DNA of 26,693 nt from a virus (lineage: Duplodnaviria; Caudoviricetes), in IMG/VR virus record IMGVR_UViG_3300021962_000543, positions 1 through 26,693 of that record, one strand, 5' to 3'. The position numbers and the translations under genes were made by a program. The notes under the pieces were generated by a model. It searched no databases. It was not told the origin of the DNA and worked only from the letters and a program-made list of their open reading frames with translations. This document shows, one piece after another, positions 23,666 to 26,693 of this stretch. Within the stretch, counting starts at the first letter, position 1, and every line of letters starts with the position of its first letter.

Positions 23666-25468
23666 CTACCTTTCCAAACAACTGATACTATTTTTTCTTA
23701 CTATTTCTATCTTTTCTAGTAGAGGGTGAGTCCAGCCATGACTTACAATATAAGTATTTAAGTCTCCCTCTGCAAGTAATACTTCTACTAGCTTTTCTCT
23801 ACCAGGTTCATCAAGTACGTTTGTTACTTCATCAAGAAATAATATGTTCAGCCTTGACTTTGATATACTACTCATTAACTTACGAATAGCTATCAGAGTC
23901 GATGTATTTACTCTAGCGAGTTCTCCTGAAGAAAGGGCTAAAATATCTACTATACTACCGTTATCAGTAATTTGCACATTTAGTTTATCATTTTGTACTA
24001 CAAACTCTAGTGTAAATCTACCATCAGAAAGTTCTGCAAGATAGGTATTTACGAGAGCTTCTAGTTCTTTTACTAAATTCTCAATTTTATAGGCGATAAG
24101 GCCATTAGTACTGAAGGCTTTTTTCAGTATCTCTAAGTTAATATTGAGTGTTTCTTCCTGATTTAAACTTTCTTGAGCTTCTGTAAGTTGTTTTTCAAAC
24201 TCATCAGTCTGCTCAAGAATTACTTGTATTCTAGTATTTCTTTTTGTTCTTTCTTCGTTTTCTTTTGTTATAGCAGTAGCTTCTGCTCTTTTCTTTTGAA
24301 TCTCTGCACGAAGTTCTTTAATTCTAGTCTCAAGAGTTACTCTGTCTACTAAATTAGAAGGCAGTGTTCTGTCAATAGATTTATAAACATCTTGCCAGTT
24401 ATTCTCAATACTAATTTTCTTTTCGTATAGGCGATTGTTTTCTTTTATTCTTTCTATTTCTGGTAAAATTTCGCTATTCAACTTAGCAGTAGCTTCGTCT
24501 ATCTTTGCAAGTTCTTTATTTATAAGACCCTGCTTAAACTCCGCATCTATATCCTGCTCACAAGTAGGACAATGGTCTCCAAGTTTTTCAATCTTAGAAA
24601 GAAAACTTTTTGCAGCAGTGATTTCGGACTTTAACTTACCGCCTTCACTCTGCAAGGAATCATAGGATTCTTTACTTGTAACATTGATTTTATTCGCTTC
24701 ATTAATATCAATAGACTTGAGTATCTCGATATATTTATTGTTTTGCGAAATTTTTTTATTTTTTTCCGAAATATTTTCAAATTCTATTGTGAGAGAACTT
24801 AATTCTTTCTCTTCATCTTCCGTCTCGATTTGAAAATTTAGCATTGGAAGTATGGTAGTATCACTCACTTTATTATCATGCAACCATTTTTCAACCGTTG
24901 CAATTTTTGATTCGATACTGGTTTTACGATTAAAAGATAATCGTGCAGCCTCTTTAAATACTTCAAACAATGTTACATATTCTTCTAAATGTAACAAATC
25001 AATTAGAAACTTTTTTCTATTTGTATCTGTTGCAGTTAGGAACTGTAAACTGCTAGTCGGATGTTGATATACTAACTGCGTAAAAGTCTTAAAATCCACT
25101 CCAAGAACTTCTTGTATGTTTTTATAAGTATTTGTAGCAGTATGACTAGAAATGTCTTCACCGTCTTTTTCAAATTTTACCTTTATATTTGTTTTTCTAT
25201 TTACAGAAACTTCATAGAATGAATCGTCTTTTGTAAAAGACAGATAAATATCATAGCCATTATTTAGTATTCGATTCGGTATATCAGCTTTCTTTATACC
25301 TTTTGAATTTTTATTATATAACGCTTCCTCAATGATTAACGGGATGGAGGACTTCCCCATCCCGTTAGTACCAATAATCTGAGTCAGAGTACTGTCATCA
25401 AGGTCTAGTTCGTTATTTGCTCCGTAACTAAAGCAGTTACTCCACTTGAGCTTTTTGAGCGTAATCAT
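23666..25468 (-). CDS. D13: T5 D13-like SbcC/Rad50 recombination ATPase
   Basis: Walker A GTNGMGKSS, coiled coils with CPTC zinc hook, LSSGE signature, Walker B LFLDEV and VSH loop. Confidence 0.93.
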   Translation of the reverse strand: MITLKKLKWSNCFSYGANNELDLDDSTLTQIIGTNGMGKSSIPLIIEEALYNKNSKGIKKADIPNRILNNGYDIYLSFTKDDSFYEVSVNRKTNIKVKFEKDGEDISSHTATNTYKNIQEVLGVDFKTFTQLVYQHPTSSLQFLTATDTNRKKFLIDLLHLEEYVTLFEVFKEAARLSFNRKTSIESKIATVEKWLHDNKVSDTTILPMLNFQIETEDEEKELSSLTIEFENISEKNKKISQNNKYIEILKSIDINEANKINVTSKESYDSLQSEGGKLKSEITAAKSFLSKIEKLGDHCPTCEQDIDAEFKQGLINKELAKIDEATAKLNSEILPEIERIKENNRLYEKKISIENNWQDVYKSIDRTLPSNLVDRVTLETRIKELRAEIQKKRAEATAITKENEERTKRNTRIQVILEQTDEFEKQLTEAQESLNQEETLNINLEILKKAFSTNGLIAYKIENLVKELEALVNTYLAELSDGRFTLEFVVQNDKLNVQITDNGSIVDILALSSGELARVNTSTLIAIRKLMSSISKSRLNILFLDEVTNVLDEPGREKLVEVLLAEGDLNTYIVSHGWTHPLLEKIEIVRKNSISCLER

Positions 25469-26396
25469 TATAAGTTCCTAGTATTGATTGTAAGTTTTCT
25501 TCTTTTATTTGTAAGATGTAAAGTAAGTATTCTACTAACTCATCTTCCATAGTCATGTCAGAAGTCATAACTAATGAGGCTTCAGAGTTTTTCTTTACAA
25601 CTTTTTTATCTAGTAACTCAGAATTTTTAACAGCAGCAAGTTCTTGTATGTCACCTTCTATTTCATAGATGGTATGGTCATATTCAGTAGGAACCATATC
25701 TTCCGGAGAAGATACAGTCCTACGAATTAATTGTGGTAAGTCAAACTTTTCCCATAACCAAGTCCAGTTATTTTCATCTATAAGTAGATAACCAGTATCT
25801 ACATGATTTCTATGAAAAGAAGTAGTCATTGGACTACCTGGATATACAATGTTTCTTTGGGTGTTTGAATGAGAATGTAAGTCTCCTGCAAACACAATCG
25901 GAAATCCATCGAAACGATACAACTCTACTTCTGGTTTTACATGAGGAGGAATCTCTCCTCTAACATGAGTAAAAAGAGGCATTGTGTTGTCAAATGCCTC
26001 TATACTATTTTTTCTATGTAATTCACAGTACGGTAGTATTCCAAATTTTAGATTCTCATCTATATATGAATTATCTACTACTGTTACCAGAGGGTTTATA
26101 TCCCTTGTTGCTCTTTTTAACTGCGAAAAGAATGTCTTATTCTTTTTTGTAGCTTCATGGTTACCATCATAAATTACCGTAGGAGTAGAAACTCCACGAA
26201 CAAAAGAAAAGTATAACTCTAACTCTTCCATTGTGGGCAATCTATCAAATAAGTCTCCACCGATTATGTGCATTACACACTCTCGTTCTATTTCTCGAAC
26301 TTTGTTGAAAAATAGATTGTACCTATTTAATGCCCAAGAAACTGGGACGTTCTTCTGTCCCAGTTTGATGTGCCAGTCTGCTGTGAAGAGAATCAT
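25437..26396 (-). CDS. D12: T5 D12-like SbcD/Mre11 metallophosphoesterase nuclease
   Basis: FTADWH, GGDLFD, GNHE, FTH, GDLH and YPGSP motifs. Confidence 0.93.
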   Translation of the reverse strand: MILFTADWHIKLGQKNVPVSWALNRYNLFFNKVREIERECVMHIIGGDLFDRLPTMEELELYFSFVRGVSTPTVIYDGNHEATKKNKTFFSQLKRATRDINPLVTVVDNSYIDENLKFGILPYCELHRKNSIEAFDNTMPLFTHVRGEIPPHVKPEVELYRFDGFPIVFAGDLHSHSNTQRNIVYPGSPMTTSFHRNHVDTGYLLIDENNWTWLWEKFDLPQLIRRTVSSPEDMVPTEYDHTIYEIEGDIQELAAVKNSELLDKKVVKKNSEASLVMTSDMTMEDELVEYLLYILQIKEENLQSILGTYNDYAQKAQVE

Positions 26397-26692
26397 CCGA
26401 TATTAAACTCATCTTCAAGGGTTTCAATATCATCTTCACCTGTGGTAGGTGCATTACGCAGCCTGTCCAACAGTTCTTTTTGGGCATCCGGAGTCGGACG
26501 GGGCATTACTTCGTCCATAGACTTCAGGTTTACCAGAACTTCTTTTTCTGAATCAGAAAGAGCACGCGGCTTGCATTTCAGAGCCTGCAACTGATACTCT
26601 ACATTGTACGGCAGAGGTCCAGTCTTTACACGCTTGAAACAAATATCCCAGCCAGTATCAACATCAGTCGGGTCGCCAAGGTCTTCAGCAGC
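26393..26692 (-). CDS. D11: T5 D11-like single-stranded DNA-binding protein, C-terminal part (truncated by the window edge)
   Basis: The frame is open to the edge: AAEDLGDPTDVDTGWDICFKRVKTGPLPYNVEYQLQALKCKPRAL..RPTPDAQ, with acidic tail EDDIETLEDEFNIG; T5 synteny. Confidence 0.85.
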   Translation of the reverse strand, partial: AAEDLGDPTDVDTGWDICFKRVKTGPLPYNVEYQLQALKCKPRALSDSEKEVLVNLKSMDEVMPRPTPDAQKELLDRLRNAPTTGEDDIETLEDEFNIG

Positions 26693-26693
26693 A

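Noticed and set aside
2512-26594. Short antisense or alternate-frame ORFs (e.g. 6319-6663, 9837-10076, 14813-15058, 16721-17014, 21597-21950, 24435-24665, 26370-26594)
   Set aside because: They overlap well-supported genes and have no motifs; they are shadow ORFs from biased codon usage.

Overview
Fragment of a T5-related siphovirus genome, probably aquatic and infecting a Proteobacterium (AGGAG RBSs, consensus sigma70 promoter). The + strand (1-19636) is a virion tail-tip and receptor-binding region. It starts with a lambda-like K (NlpC/P60) gene, then a 1,900-aa I-J fusion ending in an S74 auto-cleaving chaperone, then an Ig-repeat adhesin. A separately promoted side-fibre operon follows: a p132-like collar protein, a chain of short fibre segments, two paralogous adaptor + ConA/SPRY-like receptor-binding cassettes, a glycine-rich adhesin, chaperones and a membrane protein. 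The - strand (19664-26693) carries T5-like D11 (partial), D12, D13, D14 and D15, followed by nrdA and nrdB. The two arms converge on one hairpin terminator. The most unusual feature is the side-fibre operon: its proteins have recurring matched C-terminal/N-terminal motifs, suggesting a modular, branched, multi-receptor fibre assembled from many small genes. An anti-Shine-Dalgarno hairpin lies in front of the putative branching gene. All family calls come from motif recognition by eye; no database search was run.
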